Part shown: in pieces, positions 16,015 to 25,723 of the stretch
How positions within the stretch are numbered: the stretch's first letter is position 1
How the letters are laid out: each line of letters begins with the position of its first letter
Made by a program: the position numbers and the translations under genes
Notes under the pieces: generated by a model
What the model was told of the DNA's origin: nothing
Database searches by the model: none
Seen by the model: the letters and a program-made list of their open reading frames with translations, nothing else
DNA from: an uncultured archaeon
GTDB taxonomy: Archaea; Thermoproteota; Nitrososphaeria; Nitrososphaerales; Gagatemarchaeaceae
DNA length: 64,000 bases
Assembly (NCBI GenBank): GCA_963817525.1
Contig: CAWFOU010000001.1
Location: 384,001-448,000, forward strand
Direction: 5' to 3'

Positions 16015-17241
16015 TTACTTCCTGACCTCCTTCGTAGTCTGCGGCGTCCCCGGCGGCTGGCTCACCGGGATCTTGCTCTTCATAATCAGCCACTGGATCA
16101 TCCTCGCGAGCTCCTCTTGCTTCTCGACGATCGCGTCAAGGATCACTGCATCCTCGACCGTGGAGCCGATCTGCCGACTGGGCGCGGCTGGCTCCGGCTT
16201 CCCCATAGTGATGGGAGTATCACGGGGTTTCTTTCTGGAGGTCGAGGACACCGCCCCCATCACGGCCGACTCTATCTGAAATGCGACCTGCGCCACGGTC
16301 GGGCACTCTATGATCGTGATGCCGTAGTACGAGGCCATCTTGATCCAGTCGCTGGTGGCCCTGGGTATGACCACCAAGAAAGTGTTCGGACAGCCCACGT
16401 CCAGGGCCTTCGCCACCGATGCCGCGATTTGGCCATCGAGCGGCTCCCTGGCGAGCATTACGTCCACGACGATGCTCGGCCTCCGCTCTCCCTCAGGTTC
16501 GTCGTCTGGCCAGGCAAGGAGGTCGAAGTGGTGCTGGATTCCAGACTTGCCGTTAGCGTCGCCGCCGAGCTTCGAAGTGAAGTGCCGGGCAGAAAGCTTG
16601 GCTTTCATCCCGTAGAGGGCCGAGAGGCTCGCCTCGACCTTGGCTCTCGATTCGGGGACGTACCTGTAGGTGGAGAGCGTCCCGTGGCGTGCCTCTTCGA
16701 GGGGCAGCTTCCTTCCGCACTTGTTGCAGAGGAGTAGGTCGTCGACGATCCCGCTCAGTCGGCCACAGTTGACGCATGAGTAATAGTTGCTGAAGCGCCG
16801 ATAGTCCACTCCGATGGTCTTGAGGCTCTTTTTGCAGTTGGGGCAGCGGAACCCGTCCGGCGTGACGAAGGCCTCTTCGAGCTCGGCGTGCCCGCAGTTG
16901 AGGTGCTCCAGAGCGTTTCCCACTTTGAATGCTTCTCCCTTGCACGAGGGGCACCTGATCCTGAGGAGCAGGTCTTTCGAGTCGCAATTTGGGCAGGCGA
17001 AGAAGAACTGGTAGGGCTCCTTGACGAGGATGCCCTCGCTCTCCAGCAAGTCCAGGATCTGGTTCGCCCGCCTCGAGTCGACTTCGGCGAGCTTTTCCAG
17101 CTCGCGATACCCGATCGTCTGGTTGTCTACGATTGCGGCCTTGAATTCCACGTTCTCGCCTTCGTATAGCTTGACGAGGATCCTTTGGACTTCGGGCGCG
17201 CTTAGAAGAGATTCTTCATCCTTCACGTGACCCGGGGTCAT
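16015..17241 (-). CDS. TackOD1 (thaumarchaeal output domain 1)-type multi-Zn-finger protein with C-terminal restriction-endonuclease-like domain
   Basis: wHTH-like segment then CPNC..CPSC..EHLNCG..CPNC..IGVDY..CVNC..CNKC; C-terminal GKSGIQHHFDLLA. Confidence 0.75.
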   Translation of the reverse strand: MTPGHVKDEESLLSAPEVQRILVKLYEGENVEFKAAIVDNQTIGYRELEKLAEVDSRRANQILDLLESEGILVKEPYQFFFACPNCDSKDLLLRIRCPSCKGEAFKVGNALEHLNCGHAELEEAFVTPDGFRCPNCKKSLKTIGVDYRRFSNYYSCVNCGRLSGIVDDLLLCNKCGRKLPLEEARHGTLSTYRYVPESRAKVEASLSALYGMKAKLSARHFTSKLGGDANGKSGIQHHFDLLAWPDDEPEGERRPSIVVDVMLAREPLDGQIAASVAKALDVGCPNTFLVVIPRATSDWIKMASYYGITIIECPTVAQVAFQIESAVMGAVSSTSRKKPRDTPITMGKPEPAAPSRQIGSTVEDAVILDAIVEKQEELARMIQWLIMKSKIPVSQPPGTPQTTKEVRK

Positions 17242-17390
17242 CTTCGCTCACTTTTCTCGGGGCAGAAGGCGTGAACGCCCCAGTCGAAGGTGCAATTCTT
17301 CGAAAGCGGCTGCAAAAATTGGCTTCGAGTTCAAATTTCTCCGCCGCGCATATAAGCGTTCCCCGGTATCGCGCAAAACACGGATTGACG

Positions 17391-17780
17391 TCAGGCGACG
17401 CTTCCGTGTAGACGGATGTGGAGCATCCGCAGTTCTTCGTACTGGGTGACGAACCCGCAGAACGGGCACTGCATGAGGTTCGCCGGGAGCTGATTCTGGC
17501 TCTTCTTTCTCATGGCAGAAACCGGGTCCGCCGAACGGACGACGATCCTCTCGCCGAAGGCTTCCACCGCATAGTGTGAGGCGTCCCTCCTTCGCGAGAC
17601 AAAGTCCGTGACAGCGTCCTTCACAGCGGAAGCTTCCGGTCTCTCGTCGGAGAGGTAATCCAAAACGATGTCCTCGCCCTTGACCAGGGCGAGAGCCACC
17701 CCCTCTAGCTTATCGGAGAGCCGCGATGCGAGGGCCAGCTTCTCGTTGGCTGAGAGCTCGGAGCAGTCGACGAGAATCAT
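17391..17780 (-). CDS. Conserved hypothetical protein with C-terminal C2H2 Zn finger
   Basis: CPFCG...HIRLH at the C-terminus. Confidence 0.75.
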   Translation of the reverse strand: MILVDCSELSANEKLALASRLSDKLEGVALALVKGEDIVLDYLSDERPEASAVKDAVTDFVSRRRDASHYAVEAFGERIVVRSADPVSAMRKKSQNQLPANLMQCPFCGFVTQYEELRMLHIRLHGSVA

Positions 17781-17873
17781 ATGAGGTTCGTGGCGTAAGG
17801 TCTGTAATACGCGTTGTGTGGGAGAGACGAGGCGGTAAGCGACGCCGAAATGTTGTAAGGGTTAAACGTGCTC

Positions 17874-18909
17874 AACTGTGTCGAATAACTAACTCCTCTG
17901 TCAAGCTTCTTTCATCCGCTCTCTCATGGGATTGAGAGAATCCAACTCTCTCATGCCCGAGAAGAAGAAGCGCAACTGGAAGGAGTACAACGAGTCGCTC
18001 GTGAGGAGGGGAGAGCTCCTCTTCGACACCGATTTTTTATCTGGATGGAGCAGAGAACTAGGGAAGCTCAACGAGGGGAAGGAGGGCGCAAGATACCGCT
18101 ATCCCGCCTCATTAATGAGTATGCTCGCGGCCATCCACGTGTACCTGCTCCCGTACCGGGAGCTGGAAGGGTTCCTCCGGATGTTCGCGGGGCACGTAGA
18201 AGGCCTCAAGGTCCCAGACTACACCACGATGTGGTGGAGGATATCGCGAGTAAAGATCGAGCTCGACCCGGACGTAGACCCAGAAAAGGACGTCACCATA
18301 GCGGTTGACTCCACTGGCATCAAGGTCTCGAACCGCGGGGAGTGGATACGGCAGAAGTGGGCGGTGAAGAGGGGGTTCATCAAGGCCCACCTCGCCGTCG
18401 ATGTGAAGACGGGGAAGATACTCTCGATGGAGGTGACCAAGGAGGACATCCCTGATGGGAGGATGCTCGTCCCTCTGGTGGAGGGGGCGTCGTCGAGCGC
18501 GAACGTCACGAGGGCGATGGGTGACGGCGCGTACGACTCGAGGGAGATCTTCAGGTACCTCGACCGCAAGGGGATAGAGCCCGTCATCAAGGTAAGGAAG
18601 AACGCCTCGATGCACGCGCACGGGTGCATGCCCAGGAAGCTCGTAGCGATGGAGCAGCTGAGAGACTACGAGAGATGGAAGACGAGGCGCGGGTACGGGA
18701 ACAGGGCGAGGGTCGAGTCCGCGATATCGTCCTTCAAGAGGACGTTCGGGGAGCACATAACGTCCGTGAAGTGGAGCAGCATAGTGAACGAGCTGCTCCT
18801 CAAGGCGTCCGTCTACAACCTGTTCGTGGGGATGAACCCGTAGCGAGGACGCAGGCCAGAAAGACCTGGAGGCGAGAAATGGCGCATCGTCGGGTTATTC
18901 GACACGCCT
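17874..18909 (+). mobile_element. IS5-family insertion sequence (IS903-like), 1036 bp
   Basis: Inverted repeats GTGTCGAATAAC (17878-17889) / GTTATTCGACAC (18894-18905); 8-bp target duplication ACGTGCTC at 17866-17873 and 18910-18917. Confidence 0.92.
17953..18843 (+). CDS. IS5-family DDE transposase
   Basis: NWKEYNESLVRRG, PDYTT, AVDSTG, GDGAYD and R-x-x-VE-S motifs; alternative ATG at 17926. Confidence 0.95.
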   Translation: MPEKKKRNWKEYNESLVRRGELLFDTDFLSGWSRELGKLNEGKEGARYRYPASLMSMLAAIHVYLLPYRELEGFLRMFAGHVEGLKVPDYTTMWWRISRVKIELDPDVDPEKDVTIAVDSTGIKVSNRGEWIRQKWAVKRGFIKAHLAVDVKTGKILSMEVTKEDIPDGRMLVPLVEGASSSANVTRAMGDGAYDSREIFRYLDRKGIEPVIKVRKNASMHAHGCMPRKLVAMEQLRDYERWKTRRGYGNRARVESAISSFKRTFGEHITSVKWSSIVNELLLKASVYNLFVGMNP

Positions 18910-18959
18910 ACGTGCTCCTAACGTTTATATTGGTTCTTGCCGTAAAAAGGGGCATCGGC

Positions 18960-19241
18960 ATGAGCAGCGGCACTGATGACGGAGGGCAGGGCTCGGGAGG
19001 CGACTCCCAGTCCAAGGAGAGGTTCTCAGGCCCATCAAAAGAGAAACCAGTCAAGGTCGGCGAGGAGATCGATGTTCTGGTCTCCGAGGTCAGCAGGCGG
19101 GGAGACGGAGTGGCCAGGATTCAGGGTTTCGTGATCTTCATCCCCAACACGAAGCAGGGGATGCAGGCGAAGATCAGGATCAAGGAGATAAGGCCGAACT
19201 TCGCGACCGCCGAGCTCATCGAGAGCGGGCCTTCCAGCTAG
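18960..19241 (+). CDS. Stand-alone TRAM-domain RNA-binding protein
   Basis: KPVKVGEEIDV...RRGDGVARIQGFVIFIP...FATAE; TATA-like TTTATAT at ~18924. Confidence 0.9.
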   Translation: MSSGTDDGGQGSGGDSQSKERFSGPSKEKPVKVGEEIDVLVSEVSRRGDGVARIQGFVIFIPNTKQGMQAKIRIKEIRPNFATAELIESGPSS

Positions 19242-19249
19242 GCCAGGGC

Positions 19250-19813
19250 CTAAGCCCGCCACCAGTCGAACCCGAGGAAGTCCGCCCTGCGGGAGTCCAC
19301 GTTGACTATCGCGATGATGAACTGCTTCCTTACGGTCGTGGCTAGGCGCCCGGACCTGACCATCCCGGTCGCCGTCACCTGAGACTCGTCCTTCTCGACC
19401 TGTACCAGGTAAGGCGCGTGGTCGATGCCCGGCCCGTGCTCGTAGACGGCAAAGTCGGAGCCGAACTTTATCCCGGGCCCCACGACGAACCCCGACTCCC
19501 GCAGCAGGCTGTAGACCAAGTACTGCTCCCGGAAGTTCGGGTACCCGGCCGCGCACAGCGCCTCGAGCTCCTTGGCCGAGAGCGCCTCTCCCTGCTCGCT
19601 CTCGACGCGGAGCTTCTTCTTCTTCACGAGGTAGTAGCTCTCCATGAGGTCAAGGATCAGGGGCGCGTCAAAGTCAAAGTCCTTCGGCTTTGGGATGCCC
19701 AGCGGCTTTCCGTAGTACGAGTCCTTGAAGAGCCTCCTCGAGGCCTCGACGTCCCACACTACGATCCTGTTCTCGAAAAGCCTCCCGACCGCAACCTTCA
19801 CTGTGTGGGGCAA
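19250..19813 (-). CDS. endA: tRNA-intron endonuclease, catalytic subunit
   Basis: GIKFGSDFAVYEHGPGIDHAPYL and GRLATTVRK with catalytic Y, H and K. Confidence 0.95.
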   Translation of the reverse strand: MPHTVKVAVGRLFENRIVVWDVEASRRLFKDSYYGKPLGIPKPKDFDFDAPLILDLMESYYLVKKKKLRVESEQGEALSAKELEALCAAGYPNFREQYLVYSLLRESGFVVGPGIKFGSDFAVYEHGPGIDHAPYLVQVEKDESQVTATGMVRSGRLATTVRKQFIIAIVNVDSRRADFLGFDWWRA

Positions 19814-19869
19814 GCGACTCTGCCGGATTCTTAGTGCTATATCTGCGTGCGGGGGGCCATGGGACCTGG

Positions 19870-20523
19870 CTACACGCCCAGGGCGACTATGGTGGTCGCG
19901 TCGGCCGCCGTCAGCGCCGCATCCGCGGTGTCCTCTAGCGCCTGCGCCAGGTCCCTCATCGTGATGAGGTCCCTGTACCCACGGACCGACTTGATCAGCT
20001 CAGTGATGAGCTCGCGGTGCTTGGTGTCGATCTCGCTCTCTAGCTTCTGGACCTGCGCAGCCATCTCGATTGACTGGTCCGGGTTGATGGACAGCGCCCT
20101 CACACAATCGTTCTGCTTGGAGATCGCCTCTATGAGTGTGTTGAGCAGGTCGTTGTACGCCTCCTTGTACTTCTTGAGCTTGATCACGCTCCTCCTTACC
20201 TGCGAGAGCTTGAACGCGGAGCCGTTGATGTGGCCCACCACGCTCTCTACCGCGAAGGCTACCCTCAGGAGGTCCTCCTTGTTCATGAGGAGGGTGCCGA
20301 CCTGCGCCAGCTCCCTGATGAGGGAGCGCCTGAGGGTCACCACGTCCTCCTCCGCCTTCTTCACCCTCTCTAGGCAGGACTTTATGCTGGCCTTGTCGTT
20401 CGAGAGCACGGCCTGGTACTCCTCGCGGAGCACCCTTGCCGCGTCCGTGACCCTCCTGACCTCGTCTTCGAGGACCAGAAGCGTCCTCCTGCGCGCTTGA
20501 AGGTCTGCTTCTGAGCCTGACAG
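19870..20523 (-). CDS. DUF47/PhoU-like phosphate transport regulator
   Basis: All-helical, LESEIDTKHR and LEDTAD motifs; frame open upstream of the called GTG to CTG 20523 / ATA 20526. Confidence 0.8.
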   Translation of the reverse strand: MSGSEADLQARRRTLLVLEDEVRRVTDAARVLREEYQAVLSNDKASIKSCLERVKKAEEDVVTLRRSLIRELAQVGTLLMNKEDLLRVAFAVESVVGHINGSAFKLSQVRRSVIKLKKYKEAYNDLLNTLIEAISKQNDCVRALSINPDQSIEMAAQVQKLESEIDTKHRELITELIKSVRGYRDLITMRDLAQALEDTADAALTAADATTIVALGV

Positions 20524-20641
20524 TATTTTCCCCGCTCAGGCTATGAATGCTGAGAATATAAAAGAGGGGACTGGTCGCACTTTGTGCCCCCGGCGCCAAA
20601 GCGGAGGGCCCGTGTCAGGCCTTTTATCGAGGGTCCGCGCG

Positions 20642-21961
20642 ATGGGCGCAGAGCCCGAAATGCGAACCTCCAAGGGCCAGGGCAGGCGGCAGTTTCTCCT
20701 TGTCTTCCTCGCGATCGCGTTCGCCTGCTTCTTGCTCGCCGCGGTCGCTTCCCGCGCTGAGGCGGCTCCCGGCGGCTCTAGCTCGGTGGTGGTCAACTTC
20801 GACGTCCCTGTCGACCCGGGCTCCTCTAGCTTGATGGCGGACGCCGTCGCCACCGCGGAGTCCTCCCATGCCCCAGCTTTAGTCATCGAGATGAACACCC
20901 CAGGCGGGTTGTTGAGCGACATGCTAGACATCGTGACCAGCATCGAGCAGGCCAACCAGTCGGGCATCCCCACGTACACCTACGTCCCTCCCAACGGCCT
21001 CGCGGCCTCCGCGGGCAGCTACATCGCGATGGCCACCAACGGGATACTGATGGGCTCCGGCTCGGAGATAGGCCCCTCCACCCCCATCGTGGAAGGTGGG
21101 ACCGCGCTCGAGCAGAACCACACCGAGGACGCGATGATCTCTCTCATGGTGAGCCTCGCGGAGAAGTGGGGGCGGAACTCGACCGCCGCACAGTCGATGG
21201 TCGTGTCGGACATCGCCTTCTCCGCCGCCCAGGCGTACCAGTATCACCTGACGGAGGGGAACGCTTCCTCCCTCCAGGGCGCGCTCTCTCAGTTCGGGCT
21301 CGGCCCCGACTACACGGTCGTCCAGGAGGGCGCCTACGACCAGCTCCTCAGTGCCCTCAGCGACCCCAACCTCTACGGCATCCTGATACTCCTGGGTGCC
21401 TTCGCGATCGTCCTAGACCTCACTCACCCGACGTTCATCCTCTCGATCGCGGGCGCCATCGCCCTGGTCGCGGGTCTGGTGGGAGCGGAGGTTGTCGGCT
21501 CCTCCCTCCTGGGGATCGTGGTCATCCTGATTGGCGTCGGGCTCATGTTCCTCGAGCTGTGGCAGGGGCACGGCCTCGCCATGATGGGCGGAGCGGTGGT
21601 GGGGGCGGTGGGCGTCTACCTCCTGTTCCAAGGGGTCCAGGTCTCCTCGTCGACGCTCATCGACTTCACCCAGGTCGAGGCGGTCGGGGTGGGAGCCGTC
21701 GGAGTTTTAGGGGGCCTATACTTCAGGTGGATAGTGGGGCCGATGAGACACAAGCGGAATTTGACGGGGTCGGAGTCGTTGATCGGGAAGCGCGGGATCG
21801 CTGTCTCGCCGACGGAGGTCAGGGTGGAAGGGATAATCTGGCGCGCAAGGATCGACTCGGGCGAGCTCAAGCAGGGCGAGCAGGTCCAGGTGAAGGCGGT
21901 CGAAGACCTTGTCCTTCGCGTGGTGAGAGTCGAGGAGAACCGCGCTCTCGACGCGATGTAG
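20642..21961 (+). CDS. nfeD: NfeD-family membrane-bound ClpP-class protease
   Basis: Signal peptide, NTPGG, AASAG and GRN motifs, TM domain and C-terminal OB fold (VRVEGIIWRA); adjacent to SPFH gene. Confidence 0.9.
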   Translation: MGAEPEMRTSKGQGRRQFLLVFLAIAFACFLLAAVASRAEAAPGGSSSVVVNFDVPVDPGSSSLMADAVATAESSHAPALVIEMNTPGGLLSDMLDIVTSIEQANQSGIPTYTYVPPNGLAASAGSYIAMATNGILMGSGSEIGPSTPIVEGGTALEQNHTEDAMISLMVSLAEKWGRNSTAAQSMVVSDIAFSAAQAYQYHLTEGNASSLQGALSQFGLGPDYTVVQEGAYDQLLSALSDPNLYGILILLGAFAIVLDLTHPTFILSIAGAIALVAGLVGAEVVGSSLLGIVVILIGVGLMFLELWQGHGLAMMGGAVVGAVGVYLLFQGVQVSSSTLIDFTQVEAVGVGAVGVLGGLYFRWIVGPMRHKRNLTGSESLIGKRGIAVSPTEVRVEGIIWRARIDSGELKQGEQVQVKAVEDLVLRVVRVEENRALDAM

Positions 21962-22039
21962 TCTGCTTACCCACCCAACAGGTCGGCCGGCAGAAGGCCT
22001 ATATGACCCGCCGGCGTTCTTGCAGTTAGGTGCCCTTGT

Positions 22040-22924
22040 TTGGTTGACGTAGCTGCGCTCGCTGTAGAAGCTCTCGTTGTCCTTATCGTCCTGGCGATAC
22101 TGCTTAGCGGGCTAAGGATACTGCGAGAATGGGAGAGGGCGCCCATCCTGAGCCTAGGGAGGTACAAGGGCCTGAAGGGACCAGGGATCATCTACGTCGT
22201 TCCTTTCATAAACAGGATTCCCTTTGTGATCTCGACGCGCCTCCAGACCGTCTCCTTCAAGACAGAGCAGACCTTCACCAAGGACAACGTCCCCGTGGTC
22301 GTCGACTCGGTGATGTACTTCCAGCCCGCAGACCTGCAAAAGGTCGTCCTCGGTGCAGAGAACTACATGATGGCGACCCAGCTCGCGGCGCAGACCACGC
22401 TGAGGGAGGTAATCGGCCAGGTGAGCTTCGACGACCTGCTCACCGAGCGAGAGAAGATAGGGGCCAAGGCGCGCGAGGTCATAGACAGCAAGACGGAGGT
22501 GTGGGGCGTGAAGGTCACCGCCGTCGAGATAAGGGACGTCGGGATACCGTCGGCTCTCCAGGACGCGATGTCCAGGAACGCCCAGGCGGAGAGGGAGAGG
22601 AGGGCCAGGGTCACGCTCGCCCTCGCGGAGTTCGAGGCCGCCCAAAAGATGGTCGACGCGGCCAACCTGTACGCGAACAACGACAGGGCCTTCCAGCTGA
22701 GGTGGATGAACATCATCTATGAGCTGGGACTGCAGGGAAAGAACACCATACTCCTCATCCCGTCAAACATCCCCATAGCGGGCACCGTGGCAGGGACGAC
22801 CGGGACCACGACTGGCCCAACTCTCGACCCGACGACCGGCGGACAGACGATTCCCCCCATAGGCGTGCTAGGCATCCAAGAGCTGGCGAAGAGGGCCCAG
22901 GCGGCGTCCAGCGATCAAAAATAG
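22040..22924 (+). CDS. SPFH/band-7 (stomatin-like) protein
   Basis: EWER..LGR, TKDNVPV, AQTTLR and AERERRA motifs. Confidence 0.95.
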   Translation: MVDVAALAVEALVVLIVLAILLSGLRILREWERAPILSLGRYKGLKGPGIIYVVPFINRIPFVISTRLQTVSFKTEQTFTKDNVPVVVDSVMYFQPADLQKVVLGAENYMMATQLAAQTTLREVIGQVSFDDLLTEREKIGAKAREVIDSKTEVWGVKVTAVEIRDVGIPSALQDAMSRNAQAERERRARVTLALAEFEAAQKMVDAANLYANNDRAFQLRWMNIIYELGLQGKNTILLIPSNIPIAGTVAGTTGTTTGPTLDPTTGGQTIPPIGVLGIQELAKRAQAASSDQK

Positions 22925-23006
22925 CGTCAGGCCGCAGGCTGGACGCGCTTCCGCATCGAGCACATCCCTTCCTCGTCAGGTTCATGATTGTTGATATCAT
23001 AGGTCC

Positions 23007-23600
23007 ATGTCGGGGTACTTCATGAGCAATCCGCTAGTCATAAACAAGGCAAGAACCGCGCTGGTTGTAATAGACCTGCAGAAAGGCGTAGCACAGATGG
23101 ACTGTAAACCATATACCGTCCAGGAGACGATTGCGAATGCTTCGAAGCTTGCGGAGACATTTAGGAAGAACAACATGCCTGTCTTCCTTGTACACGTAGC
23201 CATGGGGCCCGGAACAATGCTGAAGACGTTAAGTGATGAAACCTTCGCCAGACCTGCAAATGCAGCTGCTGACTGGGCTGATTTCGTGCCTGAGATGACG
23301 CCAAAGGAGTCAGACGTTGTGATAACAAAGAGGCAATGGGGTGCGTTCTATGGAACCGATCTCGAATTGCAGCTCAGAAGAAGGGAGATTGATACGATAG
23401 TGCTTTGTGGAATCGCTACCGATTACGGAGTTGAAAGCACCGCAAGATTTGCCTATGAGTATGGCTTCCAGCAGATATTTCCTGAAGACGCCATGACCTC
23501 AAGATCACAGGAGCAGCACAGCGCGGCCTTGAACTTTGTCCTCAAGAGAATTGGTAGAGTGAGAAAGACACAGGAGATACTCGAATCGATTGGGAGATAG
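23007..23600 (+). CDS. Isochorismatase-family cysteine hydrolase (YecD-like)
   Basis: VIDLQKG, KRQWGAFYGTDL and GIATDYGVESTAR; more AT-rich than neighbours. Confidence 0.92.
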   Translation: MSGYFMSNPLVINKARTALVVIDLQKGVAQMDCKPYTVQETIANASKLAETFRKNNMPVFLVHVAMGPGTMLKTLSDETFARPANAAADWADFVPEMTPKESDVVITKRQWGAFYGTDLELQLRRREIDTIVLCGIATDYGVESTARFAYEYGFQQIFPEDAMTSRSQEQHSAALNFVLKRIGRVRKTQEILESIGR

Positions 23601-23863
23601 GAGGCGCATGGAAATAGCAGACCTCCGAGTCCCTCTTACCGATTCGTTTCATGCACTCGTCTTGAGAGACGACTATCCAGATAGCCACGAAGGCTTCCTC
23701 CGCGGAGGAACAGGCCTCCGATAGAAACGCACCTTCTTACAGGAGTGAAAGAAAAGTCGAGCTTAGGTCGTCTATCCACATGGCACAGACTTCCGCTCTC
23801 TACGATCAAAGAAGGGTGAGGTTGGGACTAGGCCGTCGGTTGAAGACGCTTGACACCCTAAGA

Positions 23864-25681
23864 TCAGCTCTTAGGTGACGATATCCTACCAGCGCCCTTA
23901 TCTGCCTCGTTGGGTTGTTTTGATTGGACGCGCTTCTGCAGACCATACATCTCCACGAGCTCCTTCACCGTCGTGGCGTCCTCCGGCCCCTTCTCGTCCC
24001 GTATCTTTCCGGTGAACTTGGGGAAGCGCAGCGCTAGCCCGCTCCCCTCCCTCAGCTCGTCCATCGCCACCGGGTAGATGGGGGAGAGGGTGATTTCCGA
24101 CGCGATGGTCTCTATCACCACCTTGGGGCGATACCACACGTCTGGCACCAGCTCCGACTCCACGTCCGGTGGCTTCACGGAGCTCTCGTACGGCGCGAGA
24201 AGCTTGGGGAACCTCTCGAGGTCCGCGTCGCTGAATCCCGTGCCGATTTTGGTGGCGGTCGGGAATTTCTTCTTCTTAGAGTCGTAGGCCGCGAGGAGGT
24301 AGGCACCGTAGACTCCTACCCTCCTCCCCCTCCCGTGGAACGCCCCGACTATCACGAGGTCGATGGTGTCTGTGAGCTCGCTGCTGTACTCGCGCTTGAG
24401 CTTGATCCACCCGAACTCCCTTGCGCCGGCGCGGTAGATGCCGTCGGGCTTCTTCGCCATAATCCCCTCGCACCCCTCCGATATGGCCAGCTCCATGAAC
24501 TCCTCCATCTCCTTAGCGCTCTCGACCATCTTCTGGGGGACTGGGCGAGTGAACTCCGTCACCTGCACCACCCTCTCGAGCTTAGCGCGGCGCTTTAGGT
24601 ACGGCTGGCCCGTGATGTCCTTCCCGTCGACGTTGAGCGCGTCGAAGAAGTTCACCGAGACCGGGTACTGCTTCATCATCTCCTCTATTCCGTGCTTCCT
24701 CCTCCTGTGCATCAGCTCCTGGAACGGCAGGTACTCCCCGGTGTTGGGGTTGATCGCGACGACCTCTCCCTCGAGGACGGCGCGCTTGGACTTTACGTAG
24801 CTCCTGACGTAGCTGACCACGTCGGGGTAGTTCGAGGTGATCCTCTCGAGGCGCCTCGAGAACAGGTCCACCTTCTCGCCGTCCTTGTGCATCTGGAGCC
24901 TCTCGCCGTCGAGCTTGTACTCGGCGGCCACGGGCTTGCCAATCTGGTCGAGGATGGCTTGGGCGGATTTTAGGCGCTCCGCGAGCATCGGCCTGATGGG
25001 CTTCCCTACCTCGAGGTGTATCTTCTCGACGCCTGGGAGCCCCTCCTCCGCCGCGACGCCCACCACAAAGCCGAGGTCGGACGTGACGTTGTAGGCTCTC
25101 TCGAGGACCTTCCTGTGCGACTTGTCCCCGAGGAGCGCAACCGCAGCGCCGTCCAGGATTGTGTAGTCCGCGACTCCGAACCTGAGCACTCCCATTGCGG
25201 TCCTGAGGATGTACTTCGCCTCCACCGGGCTCGCGTCATTGAGCAGGCTCACGAGCTCCCTGAGCTTGGACTCTATCGACCCTCCGCCGCTGGTCTTTGC
25301 TATCGAGAAGAGCGAGTCGTAGACCCGCCTGAGGGTGAGGGGCTCCGAGACCAGCGAGCCCTGCCTCTCCCGCCCAGAGCCGCGCTCGAGGAGGACCTGG
25401 GCCGCGCTCCCGATGTCCCCCGCCTTGATGTAGGCGTCCTTGACCTCCTGGGGCGTTCTCCCCGTCGCGGTGGCCAGCGCCCTGAGGGCGAGCTTCTCGG
25501 CTATCCCGAGCTCAACGCCCTCGTAGTCGGGACGGAGCTTTCCCTGCATCAGGTACGCGAGGATGGGCAAGTCTGCCTTGGGGGTCTCCTTGAAGAGGGA
25601 CGAGAGTATCTCCGTCATTTGGAGCCTCCCGCTCGTAGCTTCCAGCTTGTCGAAGTATTCGGCGACGAGTGAGTACTTCAA
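23864..25681 (-). CDS. lig: ATP-dependent DNA ligase
   Basis: EYKLDGER, EGIMAK, WIKLK, DLVIVG and LRFP motifs. Confidence 0.98.
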   Translation of the reverse strand: MKYSLVAEYFDKLEATSGRLQMTEILSSLFKETPKADLPILAYLMQGKLRPDYEGVELGIAEKLALRALATATGRTPQEVKDAYIKAGDIGSAAQVLLERGSGRERQGSLVSEPLTLRRVYDSLFSIAKTSGGGSIESKLRELVSLLNDASPVEAKYILRTAMGVLRFGVADYTILDGAAVALLGDKSHRKVLERAYNVTSDLGFVVGVAAEEGLPGVEKIHLEVGKPIRPMLAERLKSAQAILDQIGKPVAAEYKLDGERLQMHKDGEKVDLFSRRLERITSNYPDVVSYVRSYVKSKRAVLEGEVVAINPNTGEYLPFQELMHRRRKHGIEEMMKQYPVSVNFFDALNVDGKDITGQPYLKRRAKLERVVQVTEFTRPVPQKMVESAKEMEEFMELAISEGCEGIMAKKPDGIYRAGAREFGWIKLKREYSSELTDTIDLVIVGAFHGRGRRVGVYGAYLLAAYDSKKKKFPTATKIGTGFSDADLERFPKLLAPYESSVKPPDVESELVPDVWYRPKVVIETIASEITLSPIYPVAMDELREGSGLALRFPKFTGKIRDEKGPEDATTVKELVEMYGLQKRVQSKQPNEADKGAGRISSPKS

Positions 25682-25723
25682 GCCGACCCGTGCGCTCTCC
25701 CCGATTCTCCGTTATAACATCTA

